A DNA stretch of 64,000 bases from an uncultured Ectothiorhodospiraceae bacterium (GTDB taxonomy: Bacteria > Bacteroidota > Ignavibacteria > SZUA-365 > GCA-2699105), in assembly GCA_964408855.1 (NCBI GenBank), contig CAYPBB010000017.1:2148-66147 (forward strand). The letters run 5' to 3'. A program made the translations under genes and the position numbers. Positions 51,483 through 61,765 of the stretch are shown here, piece by piece; positions within the stretch are counted from its first letter, which is position 1, and each line of letters starts with the position of its first letter. The notes beneath the pieces are model-generated. The model searched no databases and was not told where the DNA came from. It worked only from the letters and a program-made list of their open reading frames with translations.

Positions 51483-52421
51483 ATGCACGACTACCCTGAA
51501 ATCGCCGCCGCCGCTCCGGCGGTGCGGACGCAGGCCGGAATCCCCAAAGAGGTGCTTGCCGCCATAACGCGCGCGCTATCGGCAGAACTTCAGGCGGGCC
51601 GGTCGGTCAGACTGAAAGACCTCGGAACATGGACGCCCTACATCAATTCGGAAGGGAAGCGCTCCGTCGTCTTTCACCCCGAACGGTCGATCATCCAGCG
51701 GCAGACAAACGCCGACGCCACTATCCCGTCGAACGGCATTGCCGGACAATCCTTCGCGTCCGACGCCGATTCTGGCCGAAGTGCGCCGCAACCGGCATCG
51801 TTCGAACCCGCGTCACGCTATGCCGAACCGCAAAACGAAGGCGCAGTGCCTATCGATGTAGGATCGCTGTTCGAAGAAGTGAAACATGAATACCGGCTAT
51901 ATATCCCGAAGGATGCTCCTTCCGGCGCGGATTCACCGCAAATCCGGTTGACGGAGAGCGAACGCAAAACGCAGAATCCGCTCGCCGCAGAGAAAACAGC
52001 AACTCAATCCGCTCCCACACCAGGGTCCGGAATCGGAACTTCTATCGAACCGCAGCCATCGGCGGATGTTCAAACACCCCCGGCGGAAAGCGAAGTCTCC
52101 CACCACTTTCAGAGTGCAGATCAATATGCCGGAAAAATGGAACAATCGAATGTTCTGGAAATTGAGAATGCCGCCAAATTTCAGCAGCATCGGGAACAAT
52201 TGTTCCATCCCCCTGTGGTCAGGAAGCCCAACACTCTGAACCGTCTCGCGTTCGTGCTCACGATGATCGTCGGCTGCATTATCGCATATATGATGTATAC
52301 CGGCGGTTCGTTCAATTCCATTTTGCCGGAAGATCTGCAGTACAGGCAAACGATATCCATCAGGCATTCGGCGCAGGTCCGCGGCTCCGGAGAGGAAACC
52401 GTGCGCGGTATTGATTCGTAA
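51483..52421 (+). CDS. HU/IHF-like N-terminal domain protein with low-complexity linker and C-terminal TM segment
   Basis: 'EVLAAITRALSAELQAGRSVRLKDLGTWTPY'. Predicted TM 'LAFVLTMIVGCIIAYMMY'. Confidence 0.4.
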   Translation: MHDYPEIAAAAPAVRTQAGIPKEVLAAITRALSAELQAGRSVRLKDLGTWTPYINSEGKRSVVFHPERSIIQRQTNADATIPSNGIAGQSFASDADSGRSAPQPASFEPASRYAEPQNEGAVPIDVGSLFEEVKHEYRLYIPKDAPSGADSPQIRLTESERKTQNPLAAEKTATQSAPTPGSGIGTSIEPQPSADVQTPPAESEVSHHFQSADQYAGKMEQSNVLEIENAAKFQQHREQLFHPPVVRKPNTLNRLAFVLTMIVGCIIAYMMYTGGSFNSILPEDLQYRQTISIRHSAQVRGSGEETVRGIDS

Positions 52422-52460
52422 AGTATATTGAATGTTTTCTAACACGAGTGGAGTCGTAGT

Positions 52461-53144
52461 ATGACGATGTTTGATTTGTTTCTCCGCGGTGGAATCATTA
52501 TGTGGCCTATTCTTGGCTGCTCGCTTATCGGCGTGTATATCATTGTGCGGCAATTCATTTCCCTTTCCCGCGCGAAGGTAAACGGCAGCAAGTTCATACT
52601 CCAGATCAGGAGCATCCTGAACAAGGGCGATGTTTCGGCCGCGTTAACGCTCTGCTCGCAGTCCACCACGCCGCTATCGAACATTCTTCGTGCGGGACTT
52701 CTGAAAATGCAGAACTCGCACCAGGATCTGAAAGACGCCATCGAGGCAACGGCAAAGCAGGAAGTGTTCAAGCTCGAGCGCGGATTAGGCGTACTCGGTT
52801 CCATTGCCGGTATTGCGCCGCTGCTCGGTTTTCTCGGCACCGTCACAGGTATGATCGCCGCGTTTCGTGTTATCGAAGTGAACGAAGGCGTCGTCAATCC
52901 ACAGCTTCTCGCGGGAGGCATCTGGGAAGCGCTGCTGACGACGGCATTCGGCTTGATCGTCGGCATCCCTGCGTATTTTATGTATAACTATTTCGTCAAC
53001 CGCGTCAACCATTTCGTTTCCGAAACGGAAGCCAGTTGCAACGACTTTCTCGACGTCGCGCTGGCGGAACAGCGGCGTATCATGGCGGCGCGCCAGGCGC
53101 AACGCCCTGCACAAACCGCCGCGCCGAGGAGCGACCAGGCATGA
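52461..53144 (+). CDS. exbB: MotA/TolQ/ExbB proton-channel protein
   Basis: Three TM. 'LGSIAGIAPLLGFLGTVTGMIAAF' signature. Confidence 0.85.
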   Translation: MTMFDLFLRGGIIMWPILGCSLIGVYIIVRQFISLSRAKVNGSKFILQIRSILNKGDVSAALTLCSQSTTPLSNILRAGLLKMQNSHQDLKDAIEATAKQEVFKLERGLGVLGSIAGIAPLLGFLGTVTGMIAAFRVIEVNEGVVNPQLLAGGIWEALLTTAFGLIVGIPAYFMYNYFVNRVNHFVSETEASCNDFLDVALAEQRRIMAARQAQRPAQTAAPRSDQA

Positions 53145-53557
53145 AAATCACGCTGTCATCACAGAACAAAACGCTTACCGCCTTCAGCTATTCCTCGCTG
53201 ACGGATATTGTTCTGCTGCTGCTCGTGTTTTTCCTCCTCACGTCGTCGTTCATCGTCAACGAAGGCATCAAAGTGATCCTTCCCGAGGCGGCGAATTCGC
53301 AAACCGTCGAGGAGAAACAGATTGTTATCAATCTGCTGGAAGACGGCAGGACCTATCTTAACGGCGAAGAAATCCCGCTCGAAGAGCTTCAGTTCCGTAT
53401 CAAGACGCTGCTCACCGAGCCGGAAAAACAGGTTATCGTGCTTTCGAGCGATAAAACCGTTCCGCTCGACCGGGCGGTCTACGTGCTCGATCAGGCGAAA
53501 GGTGTGGGCGGGACGCGGTTTCTGATTTCTACGACGCAGCAGGAAGAAGTGAAATGA
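53141..53557 (+). CDS. exbD: ExbD/TolR biopolymer transport protein
   Basis: Start at the internal 'MKITLSS' (ATGA overlap with exbB). Single TM 'DIVLLLLVFFLL', then the ExbD periplasmic domain. Confidence 0.8.
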   Translation: MKITLSSQNKTLTAFSYSSLTDIVLLLLVFFLLTSSFIVNEGIKVILPEAANSQTVEEKQIVINLLEDGRTYLNGEEIPLEELQFRIKTLLTEPEKQVIVLSSDKTVPLDRAVYVLDQAKGVGGTRFLISTTQQEEVK

Positions 53558-54441
53558 TTCAGGAGCGAAACGATGAACTGAAAAGCTGGGGCATTTCCGT
53601 GTTCGTTCACGGATTGCTTCTGTTCATCGCAATGTTCTGGATTGTGGCGACGAAACCATTGAAAATACCCGACGTCATCGAGGTAGCGTTTATTGAAACG
53701 GAAGCGGCGAAAGAGAACGAGACTCCCCCGGTGACGACGCCACCCGTCGCAGTTCCAAATCGAACGAATGCAGCGCCGCCTGCTGTACAGCGGAGCGCAA
53801 CGCCAAAACCCAGTAACGTTCAGGCGGCAACGCAGCAAAGAGCGAGGGAAGCCACCGCACGCAACCAAACTGCGCCGCAGCAAAGTACGGCGCCGACCAG
53901 ATCGGGCGCTTCGAGTGTGCCGGTTCCGCCGCGTCAACAGCGCGGGATGGAAGAGACAGCCCTGCCTGCCTTCGGCGCAGGGAAATCTCCATCCACTACT
54001 GCCAGCGACAGGGGGGCAACCTCAGCCGGTAAAACCGATACGAGAGAATCGGACCTGCCTTCGTCGGGCTCGACGCGGGACGGGGCGCACGGCGTTCAGG
54101 GAACCATGTCCAGCCCGATAACGTCCGATCCGGGCGAACTCAGCGGCACGCCGGCCACAGCATCCAACATCGATTGGGGCAGCGGACCCTCGAGAAACAG
54201 GATTGCGGGATCCATGCCGGTATTCCCTCCCGGCATCAACCGCGAAGCAAAGATCAAGGTGCGATTTACGGTAAAACCCGACGGCAGCGTATGGGGAATT
54301 ACTTTCCTGCAAAAAGGAGAACCTGCATTCGAAAATGCCGTATTGCGCGCCATGCGGACGTGGAAATTCAACGCCCTGCCGGGCAACATGAATCAGGCGG
54401 ATCAAAACGCCATCGCTACCTTCAATTTCCAATTACGGTAG
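53554..54441 (+). CDS. TonB-family energy transducer (C-terminal TonB domain)
   Basis: N-terminal TM. Pro/Ala/Thr-rich spacer. C-terminal 'KIKVRFTVKPDGSVWGITFLQKGEPAFENAVLRAMRTWKF'. Confidence 0.75.
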   Translation: MIQERNDELKSWGISVFVHGLLLFIAMFWIVATKPLKIPDVIEVAFIETEAAKENETPPVTTPPVAVPNRTNAAPPAVQRSATPKPSNVQAATQQRAREATARNQTAPQQSTAPTRSGASSVPVPPRQQRGMEETALPAFGAGKSPSTTASDRGATSAGKTDTRESDLPSSGSTRDGAHGVQGTMSSPITSDPGELSGTPATASNIDWGSGPSRNRIAGSMPVFPPGINREAKIKVRFTVKPDGSVWGITFLQKGEPAFENAVLRAMRTWKFNALPGNMNQADQNAIATFNFQLR

Positions 54442-54480
54442 AACGTAACCGATATTCAGGTCAGACTGAAACGAGACAAA

Positions 54481-54520
54481 ACGGCGGCGGCTGTCATGCA
54501 GTTGCCGCTGTTTCTTTTTT
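54481..54520 (+). terminator. Rho-independent terminator after tonB
   Basis: acggcggc...gccgctgt stem followed by 'ttctttttt'. Confidence 0.5.
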
Positions 54521-54787
54521 CTTCCCGAAGAAGTATGTGATGTACAGAATCGCTTCGAGAAATGTGACAATCATCAGCGATATGGAATCGCTGTCGAGAA
54601 TACCGATGCCTTTGGGCGGAATAAAGAAATGCACGATGAATCCGGCGATCGTCCACCCTACCGAAAAAATAATGGCGACGAACGCGACGGCGAGCAGGCC
54701 GTCGGAGAATTTGTGTTCGTGATAGTTCCGTGTGAAGGCGTAAGCGACGCCGACAATGTGCAGGTAAAATATCAGCACTCCGATCAT
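54494..54787 (-). CDS. Small integral membrane protein (97 aa)
   Basis: Three predicted TM. ORF only. Confidence 0.35.
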   Translation of the reverse strand: MIGVLIFYLHIVGVAYAFTRNYHEHKFSDGLLAVAFVAIIFSVGWTIAGFIVHFFIPPKGIGILDSDSISLMIVTFLEAILYITYFFGKKKETAATA

Positions 54788-54790
54788 GAC

Positions 54791-56203
54791 TCAATAGGCA
54801 TCCTTGCCGAAAATGATAGTGTAGAGGGTCTTCAGGATAATCCGCAGATCGAATCCGAACGACCAGTTTTCAATATAATAAAGATCGTATTTCGTCCGTT
54901 CAGAAATCGGCACCTCGCCGCGCAGACCGCTGACCTGCGCCCATCCGGTCAGCCCGGTTTTCAACCGATGGCGCTCGAGATACTTCGGAACATACTCCTG
55001 AAACTGCGTGACAAATTCAGGCCGCTCCGGACGCGGACCGACAACGCTCATTTCGCCTTTCAGGACGTTCAGAAATTGCGGCAATTCGTCGAGACTCGTC
55101 CGGCGGAGAATTTTGCCTATTCGGGTCACTCTCGGATCGCCTTTGCGGGTCCACGTCGGACCGGTTTCCTTTTCTGCGTCCTTTCTCATCGTCCGGAACT
55201 TATACAAATTGAAGTGCTCCCCATGCATGCCGATTCGCACCTGCGTGAAAAACACTGGTTTACCTGATTCGATCCAAACCAACACCCAGATAAGGCAAAA
55301 CAGCGGGGCGGAGAAAACAATCACCATCAAACTAAAAGCTACGTCGAACGCCCGCTTGGCAATCCTCCCCCATGTCGTCATGGGAATGTCTTTAACGCCG
55401 AGGAACGGCAGTCCAAACAGATCGTACGTTCGTAGGCGTGTCGGCATAATCCCGACAACCTCGAATTGCAGCAGAATTTGAACGCTGGTTCCGACCAGAA
55501 GATCAAGAATTTGCGAGAACTGAGAATTGCGTTCCTCGGTCATGCAGACAATAAGCGTTTCGATTTTATGTTCCTGAATTAGACGCGGTAAATCTTCTAT
55601 CGCGCCCATACGGGTAACCTCAACGCTTTCGATTCGTTCGTGGTCGTCGCTAATAAAGCCCACAAGTCTGAATCCGAGGCTGGGCCGCTGTGTCAGTTGT
55701 ACGGCGATGGATTGCGCGACCTTGTTTGTGCCCACCAGGAGGACATTGCGCAGTTCCCTGCCTCGCTTATAGAGGTATTTTTCGTACCGGAAGACGAAGT
55801 ATCTTCCCAGAAAAAGCAGCGGAATCGATGTGCTCCACAGCAGCACAAACACAAGACGCGAGAACGAGAACGTCCGGTAGAAAAACGCCAGGCTCATGAC
55901 AATGAGCATCCCCATGGTGACCCGTTTCACGATTTCGGAGAATTCCGCGCTCAGATCGATATCCCTGCGCGCCCGGTATATTTTCCGGGAATTGAACAGA
56001 ATCATCCATAACGGCGCGACGATCAACGCGCCGAGAAGGTATTCATGCGCCGGGGGAACGCCCTTTGTTACCGGGAAATATGCGACGAACGGTTCGTTAA
56101 ACCGGATAAGGTACGAGCAATAGAACGACGCGACGATCGCCAGATAGTCGGCAACCGTCATCATCAATGGAATCAGGAAATCGTTGCGTCGCGGTTTAAC
56201 CAT
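54791..56203 (-). CDS. Polyprenyl-phosphate hexose-1-phosphate transferase (WbaP/bacterial sugar transferase family)
   Basis: C-terminal 'FDVAFSLMVIV...KFRTMRKDAE...SLDELPQFLNVLKGEMSVVGPRPERPEF'. Confidence 0.85.
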   Translation of the reverse strand: MVKPRRNDFLIPLMMTVADYLAIVASFYCSYLIRFNEPFVAYFPVTKGVPPAHEYLLGALIVAPLWMILFNSRKIYRARRDIDLSAEFSEIVKRVTMGMLIVMSLAFFYRTFSFSRLVFVLLWSTSIPLLFLGRYFVFRYEKYLYKRGRELRNVLLVGTNKVAQSIAVQLTQRPSLGFRLVGFISDDHERIESVEVTRMGAIEDLPRLIQEHKIETLIVCMTEERNSQFSQILDLLVGTSVQILLQFEVVGIMPTRLRTYDLFGLPFLGVKDIPMTTWGRIAKRAFDVAFSLMVIVFSAPLFCLIWVLVWIESGKPVFFTQVRIGMHGEHFNLYKFRTMRKDAEKETGPTWTRKGDPRVTRIGKILRRTSLDELPQFLNVLKGEMSVVGPRPERPEFVTQFQEYVPKYLERHRLKTGLTGWAQVSGLRGEVPISERTKYDLYYIENWSFGFDLRIILKTLYTIIFGKDAY

Positions 56204-56300
56204 ACCGTAACAACCGGGAAGTCAATATTCAGTAGTTGAGGAACAGCTCACAGCCCGAAAAGATAGAACAGCGGGAGGTTGTTTCCAACCTCCCGGTAAG

Positions 56301-58538
56301 CTAGAACTCTACCTTCAGAGTTGCCGTGGGGAGAAACGGCAGCATATCGAACCGTTCGCCGGTGGAACGGTTGAAGTAGAACATATTCTTCCTGTTGTAG
56401 ACGTTGACGATGCTTGCCTCGACGATGATGTTGATGGGATTTAACTGGAAGGTTTTCGAGGCAGAAACATCGAGCCTGTGATAATCGGGAAGACGTCCTT
56501 TATTCTTTTCTCCGAGGATGGTATACGGTGTGCCTGGATCGCTCGAGTACCCGCCGCCGTCGAAAATAGTGCCGAAATCGAGTCTGTCGTAGAAACCGGC
56601 GATCTGCGAAAAAGGAAGTCCGGAACCGTATTCCCAATGAATATTGAAGTCCCAGTCGGGAGCGGGTTTATATCCGGCAACGAGATTGATGCTGTGACGG
56701 CGGTCGTACCTGGGCGAATATGTCAACGTACCCACCGTCCGTTCGGTTGTACCGAGCGTGTAGGCGAGCCATCCGTAATACGACGGCGAGCGGTATTCCA
56801 CGAACGCCTCGAATCCATACGATTCTCCGGTTCCGCGCGTGAAATCCGGGTCGGTTTCGTCGACCTTCTCGCGGTTGTATTCGAGCAGGTTTTTCATCGA
56901 TTTATAGTACACCTGGAAATTGTAGTTCATTCCGGCGACGAACGGCATATCTCCATCGACACCGAGGATATAATGATCGGCTTGCTGCGATGCGTCGTTG
57001 TCGGGAATGGGGATCCAGGTCTGGAACAGCGTAATGATGTCGTCTTCATTTGTGATGGTCAGCACGCGCTGGTGAACCCTGGCGTAGGAAAACTTGAAAC
57101 TCAGCGCCGACGATACGTTGTATCCGACCGCGGCGCGGGGTTCGAATGCATCGTCGCTGTTAGCGGAAACGGCGGCGAACAGATCGGAGCGGATGCCAAG
57201 TTCAATGCTGAACGGATCGAGCTGCTTGAACTTGTATTTGAACCACATACCTGTTTCGCTGTTCTTCTGATCTTCCTCGCGTTCGTAATTCGCCGAATTG
57301 ACAAATTTGTATTTATACGCAGGAAGGCGGAACATGAATCCCGCACCGTATTGATCGCCATTGTCCTGAAAATAGGTCACCGATCCGTTGAAGTAAACGT
57401 CGCTGATTTCGGAAGTACGAGGCGATGTTTCGGAGTCGAGGCGGGGTCTGAGTTCGCCCTTGAAATTGCTGACGGAAAAAGTGGTTTCAATCAGATACTT
57501 CGATTCAAGAACCTGGAACCACGATAATCCGAACGCGGTATTCGACCAGCCGTATTCCGGCTCGAATTCGGACGACGGCGAGATATTGTCTTCTGTGAAG
57601 AGTGTGTGCAAAGAAAGCCGCCCGCTTTCGCCGGTGGAAAGATTCACACGCCCGATGAAATCATAGAAATCGAACGGCGTTTCCTGCGGCACAAATTTTT
57701 GCAGCACATCGTCGAAAAAGCTTTTCCGGCCGGCGAACATCCACGATCCTTCCCAGGGCGTGGGACCTTCCAGCATGAGTTTGCCGCTGACCTGGCTCAT
57801 ATTGAACTTACCGCCGAATTTCCGCTTGTTTCCTTCCTTGGTACGGATATTCAGAACCGATGCAAGACGGTTGCCCCACTGCGCAGGGAAACCGCCTTTC
57901 AAAATTTCCGCTTCCTTGATGGCGTCCGCATCAAAGATGGAGAAAATACCGAGCGCATGGAACGGATTATAGATTGTCATCCCGTCAACGATGATAAGAT
58001 TCTGATCGCCGCCGCCGCCGCGCACATAAAACTGGCTGCTGACATCGCTGGTCGCCACAACCCCGGGCAGAATGGAGATGGTCCTGAATAAATCCGATTC
58101 TACGGTGGCGGGAACGATCTCGATTTCCGTCGTCCCGATTGGCATGGTACTGATTTCCGTATCGTACCGGACTCTTCGATCGGCCCGCGTCTCGATGGTT
58201 TCCATCTGGTACACCGTCGGCGACATCTCGAAATTCAAATCGATAATCTTACCGGCGACGATGTCCACCTCCCGAATCGATGTCGAATAGCCGATCAGGG
58301 TGGCGCGGATCCGGGCTTTTCCTGCAGGTAGATTGCCGATAAAGAAGAAGCCGTTCGCGTCGGTCGCGGCTCCCGACCCCTGGTCGAGAACAAAAACATT
58401 CACAAGCGAAAGGCGTTCGCCGTTCAACGAATCGATAATGATTCCCTTGACGCCGCCGGTTTTCTTCTGCGCCGCCGCGGGCTGTATGGCAAGAAGCAGG
58501 CATACCGCAAAGGAAGAGAGAACAAGAAAAGCTTTCAT
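56301..58538 (-). CDS. TonB-dependent receptor with N-terminal carboxypeptidase-regulatory-like domain
   Basis: Signal peptide after the internal start 'MKAFLVLSSFAVCLLLA'. 'GVKGIIIDSLNGERL...' CarbopepD_reg-like. Plug and barrel. C-terminal '...TATLKVEF'. Confidence 0.8.
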   Translation of the reverse strand: MKAFLVLSSFAVCLLLAIQPAAAQKKTGGVKGIIIDSLNGERLSLVNVFVLDQGSGAATDANGFFFIGNLPAGKARIRATLIGYSTSIREVDIVAGKIIDLNFEMSPTVYQMETIETRADRRVRYDTEISTMPIGTTEIEIVPATVESDLFRTISILPGVVATSDVSSQFYVRGGGGDQNLIIVDGMTIYNPFHALGIFSIFDADAIKEAEILKGGFPAQWGNRLASVLNIRTKEGNKRKFGGKFNMSQVSGKLMLEGPTPWEGSWMFAGRKSFFDDVLQKFVPQETPFDFYDFIGRVNLSTGESGRLSLHTLFTEDNISPSSEFEPEYGWSNTAFGLSWFQVLESKYLIETTFSVSNFKGELRPRLDSETSPRTSEISDVYFNGSVTYFQDNGDQYGAGFMFRLPAYKYKFVNSANYEREEDQKNSETGMWFKYKFKQLDPFSIELGIRSDLFAAVSANSDDAFEPRAAVGYNVSSALSFKFSYARVHQRVLTITNEDDIITLFQTWIPIPDNDASQQADHYILGVDGDMPFVAGMNYNFQVYYKSMKNLLEYNREKVDETDPDFTRGTGESYGFEAFVEYRSPSYYGWLAYTLGTTERTVGTLTYSPRYDRRHSINLVAGYKPAPDWDFNIHWEYGSGLPFSQIAGFYDRLDFGTIFDGGGYSSDPGTPYTILGEKNKGRLPDYHRLDVSASKTFQLNPINIIVEASIVNVYNRKNMFYFNRSTGERFDMLPFLPTATLKVEF

Positions 58539-58695
58539 ACAGACAATCTTTTGAATCAGGAAATGATAGAGGAGTACCGGGAAGGTCGCCTGCGGGAAAT
58601 CGCCGGAATTTGCATTCGGCGGGTTTCGCCGCGCGGTAACAAGTGGTACATTGGAAGAATGATGATTCAAAACGACAATTCGTTACAATCCAAAT

Positions 58696-59958
58696 ATGAG
58701 TTTCAAATTCACCATCGACCAGATTGCTTTTTTTGAGACTGAAGAATACAGCCGCATTCGCGCCCAAATCGAGCGCGAAACCGAAAAATACACCGATACG
58801 CTCAGATTACAAACATTCCTCCGGAAGTCGAATCCGAACACGGATACCCGGTTCCTGGCCGCCTCCATCGAGCAGCACCGGTTACGTACCGTTTTAAAAC
58901 GAAAAATGCCTCTGAACACGGGTCTTATCGGAACCGAAGACCTTGTGCAGCAGGCGTCCTCGCAGGCGGCGGCGGCGGTTCACGCTGGATTTTTCTCGAA
59001 ATCGCAGAGTGTTCTTGAGTGTTGCCCGGGTATGGGGCTCGATACAATTGCGATCGGCGGCGTGTGCAAGAAGATCACCTCGGTGGAAATGGACCCCGTC
59101 ACGGCATGCATTTGGCAGTACAATATGAACGCCGCCGGAATTTCCAACGCGTCCGTCGTCGTGGCGGATGCAGCGGAATACCTTCCGGCAGAGGCGCACC
59201 GATTCGACGCTGTTTTCGCAGATCCCGCGCGTAGGGTTTCCGGGACCCGAACGTTGGATACCGGCTCATATTCACCCCCATTGAGCTCGATTCTCGGAGG
59301 GATCGGACGAATTCCGGCCGTCATCAAACTGGCTCCGGCAAACGCGCCTGATGACGGCGCAAGAGTGTATGTCGGTCATGAAGGAGAATGCAAGGAATTG
59401 TTGTTGCTGATAAATACGGCAGCCCCAACCGTCCGCGTTGTCGACGCTGTATCGGGCGTCTGGTGGACTCCATCGAAGCGCGAGCAACCATCGGTCGACA
59501 AATGGAATTACATTATCGAACCGCACAATGCGATTATTGCATCCGGATGCGTGGAAAGTTACTTCCACGAAGTTGGATGCATCGCGATAGATGACGAAAT
59601 TGCATATGGAGTGAGCCATGTGCCGCCGATCGAGTCTGTGTTCCATACAGCATTTGAAGTCATCAACGCATTTCCGTTTTCGCTGAAACGGCTCCAACGC
59701 GCAGTTGATGCTCTGCGGTTCGATAAGCGTACCGAACTGAAGAAACGCGGCTTTCCCATGTTGCCCGAAGAATTGCACAAACGAATCACCTTTATTGACT
59801 CCGGAGTCCGTGGCACGATTATCGCTACCCGGACCGGTGAAAAGCATGTCGTATTTCTCTGCCGACGGCTTGGATGTGCGAAAACGCATAAAAACACCGG
59901 GAATTCAGCAGATCGGGATCGCTTGACACTACTTGCCAAACACCTGAAAGCGCCGTAA
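58696..59958 (+). CDS. Class I SAM-dependent methyltransferase-like protein (RsmD-like core with C-terminal extension)
   Basis: 'VLECCPGMGLDTIAIG' (motif I-like) and 'FDAVFADPARR' (DPPY-like motif IV). Confidence 0.5.
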   Translation: MSFKFTIDQIAFFETEEYSRIRAQIERETEKYTDTLRLQTFLRKSNPNTDTRFLAASIEQHRLRTVLKRKMPLNTGLIGTEDLVQQASSQAAAAVHAGFFSKSQSVLECCPGMGLDTIAIGGVCKKITSVEMDPVTACIWQYNMNAAGISNASVVVADAAEYLPAEAHRFDAVFADPARRVSGTRTLDTGSYSPPLSSILGGIGRIPAVIKLAPANAPDDGARVYVGHEGECKELLLLINTAAPTVRVVDAVSGVWWTPSKREQPSVDKWNYIIEPHNAIIASGCVESYFHEVGCIAIDDEIAYGVSHVPPIESVFHTAFEVINAFPFSLKRLQRAVDALRFDKRTELKKRGFPMLPEELHKRITFIDSGVRGTIIATRTGEKHVVFLCRRLGCAKTHKNTGNSADRDRLTLLAKHLKAP

Positions 59959-59999
59959 GTTGTTATGATGTTCATTGATATCAATACTTTAACAGTCGT

Positions 60000-60593
60000 A
60001 TGCCCATAGAAGGCGCAACTCCAGATAAACTTCCATTGCTTGTCATTGCTTCAAGGAACGGCGATGTACTCGCGAAGGAGGAGTTTGCTTCGGAACTGTT
60101 GCGGCATGCGCACGAGTTTTTCGGTCACCGGCTTCGCGAGCGGGAACTCATTCACGAGCTTGCGCAGGAAGCGATCGAAAACATCCTCCGCAACGAGCAT
60201 AAAATAGAGAAACCCGAAAGCATTCACGCTTACATTCACACGCATTTTCAGCATCACTGGTTCAGATACCTCAGGAAAAAAGTCAGAAACCGGGAATTTT
60301 CATCGCACGATATCGACGAGTTGTTCGCCGAAGACGCACCGATGAACGGCGCGCCGACAGGCGAAGACGGTCAGTTTAGCCAGATGTACGATACCGCCGG
60401 CGAATTCGACATGGTTTCGATCCTGCAAGAGGTTCCGAAGGTATTCCGCGATCCTGTCATGTTGCGTTTCTACGGCGATAAATCGTATGGAGAAATATCC
60501 GAGATACTAGGCATTTCACAGGAAAATGCCCGCCAACGCGTTTCCCGTGGCATTTCGATACTGCGTTCAATCATCGTATCGAAAAATATTTAG
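60000..60593 (+). CDS. ECF-type RNA polymerase sigma-70 factor
   Basis: Region 2-like N-terminus. Region 4 'SYGEISEILGISQENARQRVSRGISILR'. Confidence 0.8.
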   Translation: MPIEGATPDKLPLLVIASRNGDVLAKEEFASELLRHAHEFFGHRLRERELIHELAQEAIENILRNEHKIEKPESIHAYIHTHFQHHWFRYLRKKVRNREFSSHDIDELFAEDAPMNGAPTGEDGQFSQMYDTAGEFDMVSILQEVPKVFRDPVMLRFYGDKSYGEISEILGISQENARQRVSRGISILRSIIVSKNI

Positions 60594-60692
60594 CAGGTTT
60601 GTCACAGATATGTCTGCCCGTGCGTCTATAGCAGTAGAAAGGGAAGAACAAATCAACCCGAACGCACATGAGAATCCGCGAGAGGACTTGAG

Positions 60693-61658
60693 ATGATTGA
60701 GAAATTTGATATTGAACACATGTCGGACGATGAAATAGACGCTTTGCGGGCTTCGCTGCGCGCAAATCCGGGGACACGGCGTCTCATCGACGAGATTATC
60801 CAGAGCGCAGACGAATCGGTTGAAATCGAGTTATTGGGGCGGTACATCACGTCGATGTACGCTCAATCCCCCGAAGCGAAACAACAGGCGGCCGCGCTGC
60901 TTCGCGAAGAGGATATCGAGTACATTCAGACAATGCTGAAACACTCCCCGGAGTGGTTGGAATCGTACAGAAACCTCCTCGCCGTTGCCGACTCGGTTCA
61001 CAATAAGCCCGTCAACGAACCTGATCCTGAACCGGCGAGAGCGATTGCGAAGAAACCGTGGTTCTCCGGATTCGGCCGGCTTTTCCCGGCGTTTCCGAAA
61101 CCGCTTAGAATCGCGATCCCGTTCGCCTCTGCATGTATCATTCTGTTCGCGCTCGTCGCAAGCTCCCCCGCTCCCGGCCGTTTGCCGATGAATTCCATGC
61201 CGGTCATGCGCGGCAACACTGAGTTGAATAAGCAAGTATCGCAACAATATATTTCCGCGATCGAGAACAAAGACTGGGATTTCGTCGCCGCAACGCTCGA
61301 AACTTTGCTCGACAAGGGATCGGCCGCGGAACGGATCGAAGTAAGAATTTTGTATGCCGAGGCAAACATCCGGAACGCGCATCATTCCATCGCCGGTGTC
61401 TATCACTGGTACGATTCGCAGTCGCTGGGCAATGCCGTGCGCGCATGCGATCAGGCGCTGGAGTTAATCCAACAAAACGCGGGTCTTCTTCAGGAACAGG
61501 ATTCGATGAGCTACACCGAACGAATTCTGTTCAACAAGGCGCTCGGATTGTATCTGAACGGAGACGACGAAGAATCGCTCGTCCTTCTGAAGAAGCTCAT
61601 CGACCTCGACGGTGCTTACAAGAGCAAATCGCTTCAACTGCAGTCAAAAGTAGAGTAA
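60693..61658 (+). CDS. Single-pass membrane protein, candidate anti-sigma factor (no canonical zinc anti-sigma motif)
   Basis: Cytoplasmic N-domain, TM 'IAIPFASACIILFALVASS', periplasmic helical domain. Immediately downstream of the ECF sigma gene. Confidence 0.4.
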   Translation: MIEKFDIEHMSDDEIDALRASLRANPGTRRLIDEIIQSADESVEIELLGRYITSMYAQSPEAKQQAAALLREEDIEYIQTMLKHSPEWLESYRNLLAVADSVHNKPVNEPDPEPARAIAKKPWFSGFGRLFPAFPKPLRIAIPFASACIILFALVASSPAPGRLPMNSMPVMRGNTELNKQVSQQYISAIENKDWDFVAATLETLLDKGSAAERIEVRILYAEANIRNAHHSIAGVYHWYDSQSLGNAVRACDQALELIQQNAGLLQEQDSMSYTERILFNKALGLYLNGDDEESLVLLKKLIDLDGAYKSKSLQLQSKVE

Positions 61659-61765
61659 TTTCTACAACCTCCGGCCTGATTCTTGCATTGCAATGCGGGG
61701 ATTTTATTACGATTTTACAACACACTATCCGTTGTTAAATCAAATACATATGCCAGGAGGAGATT

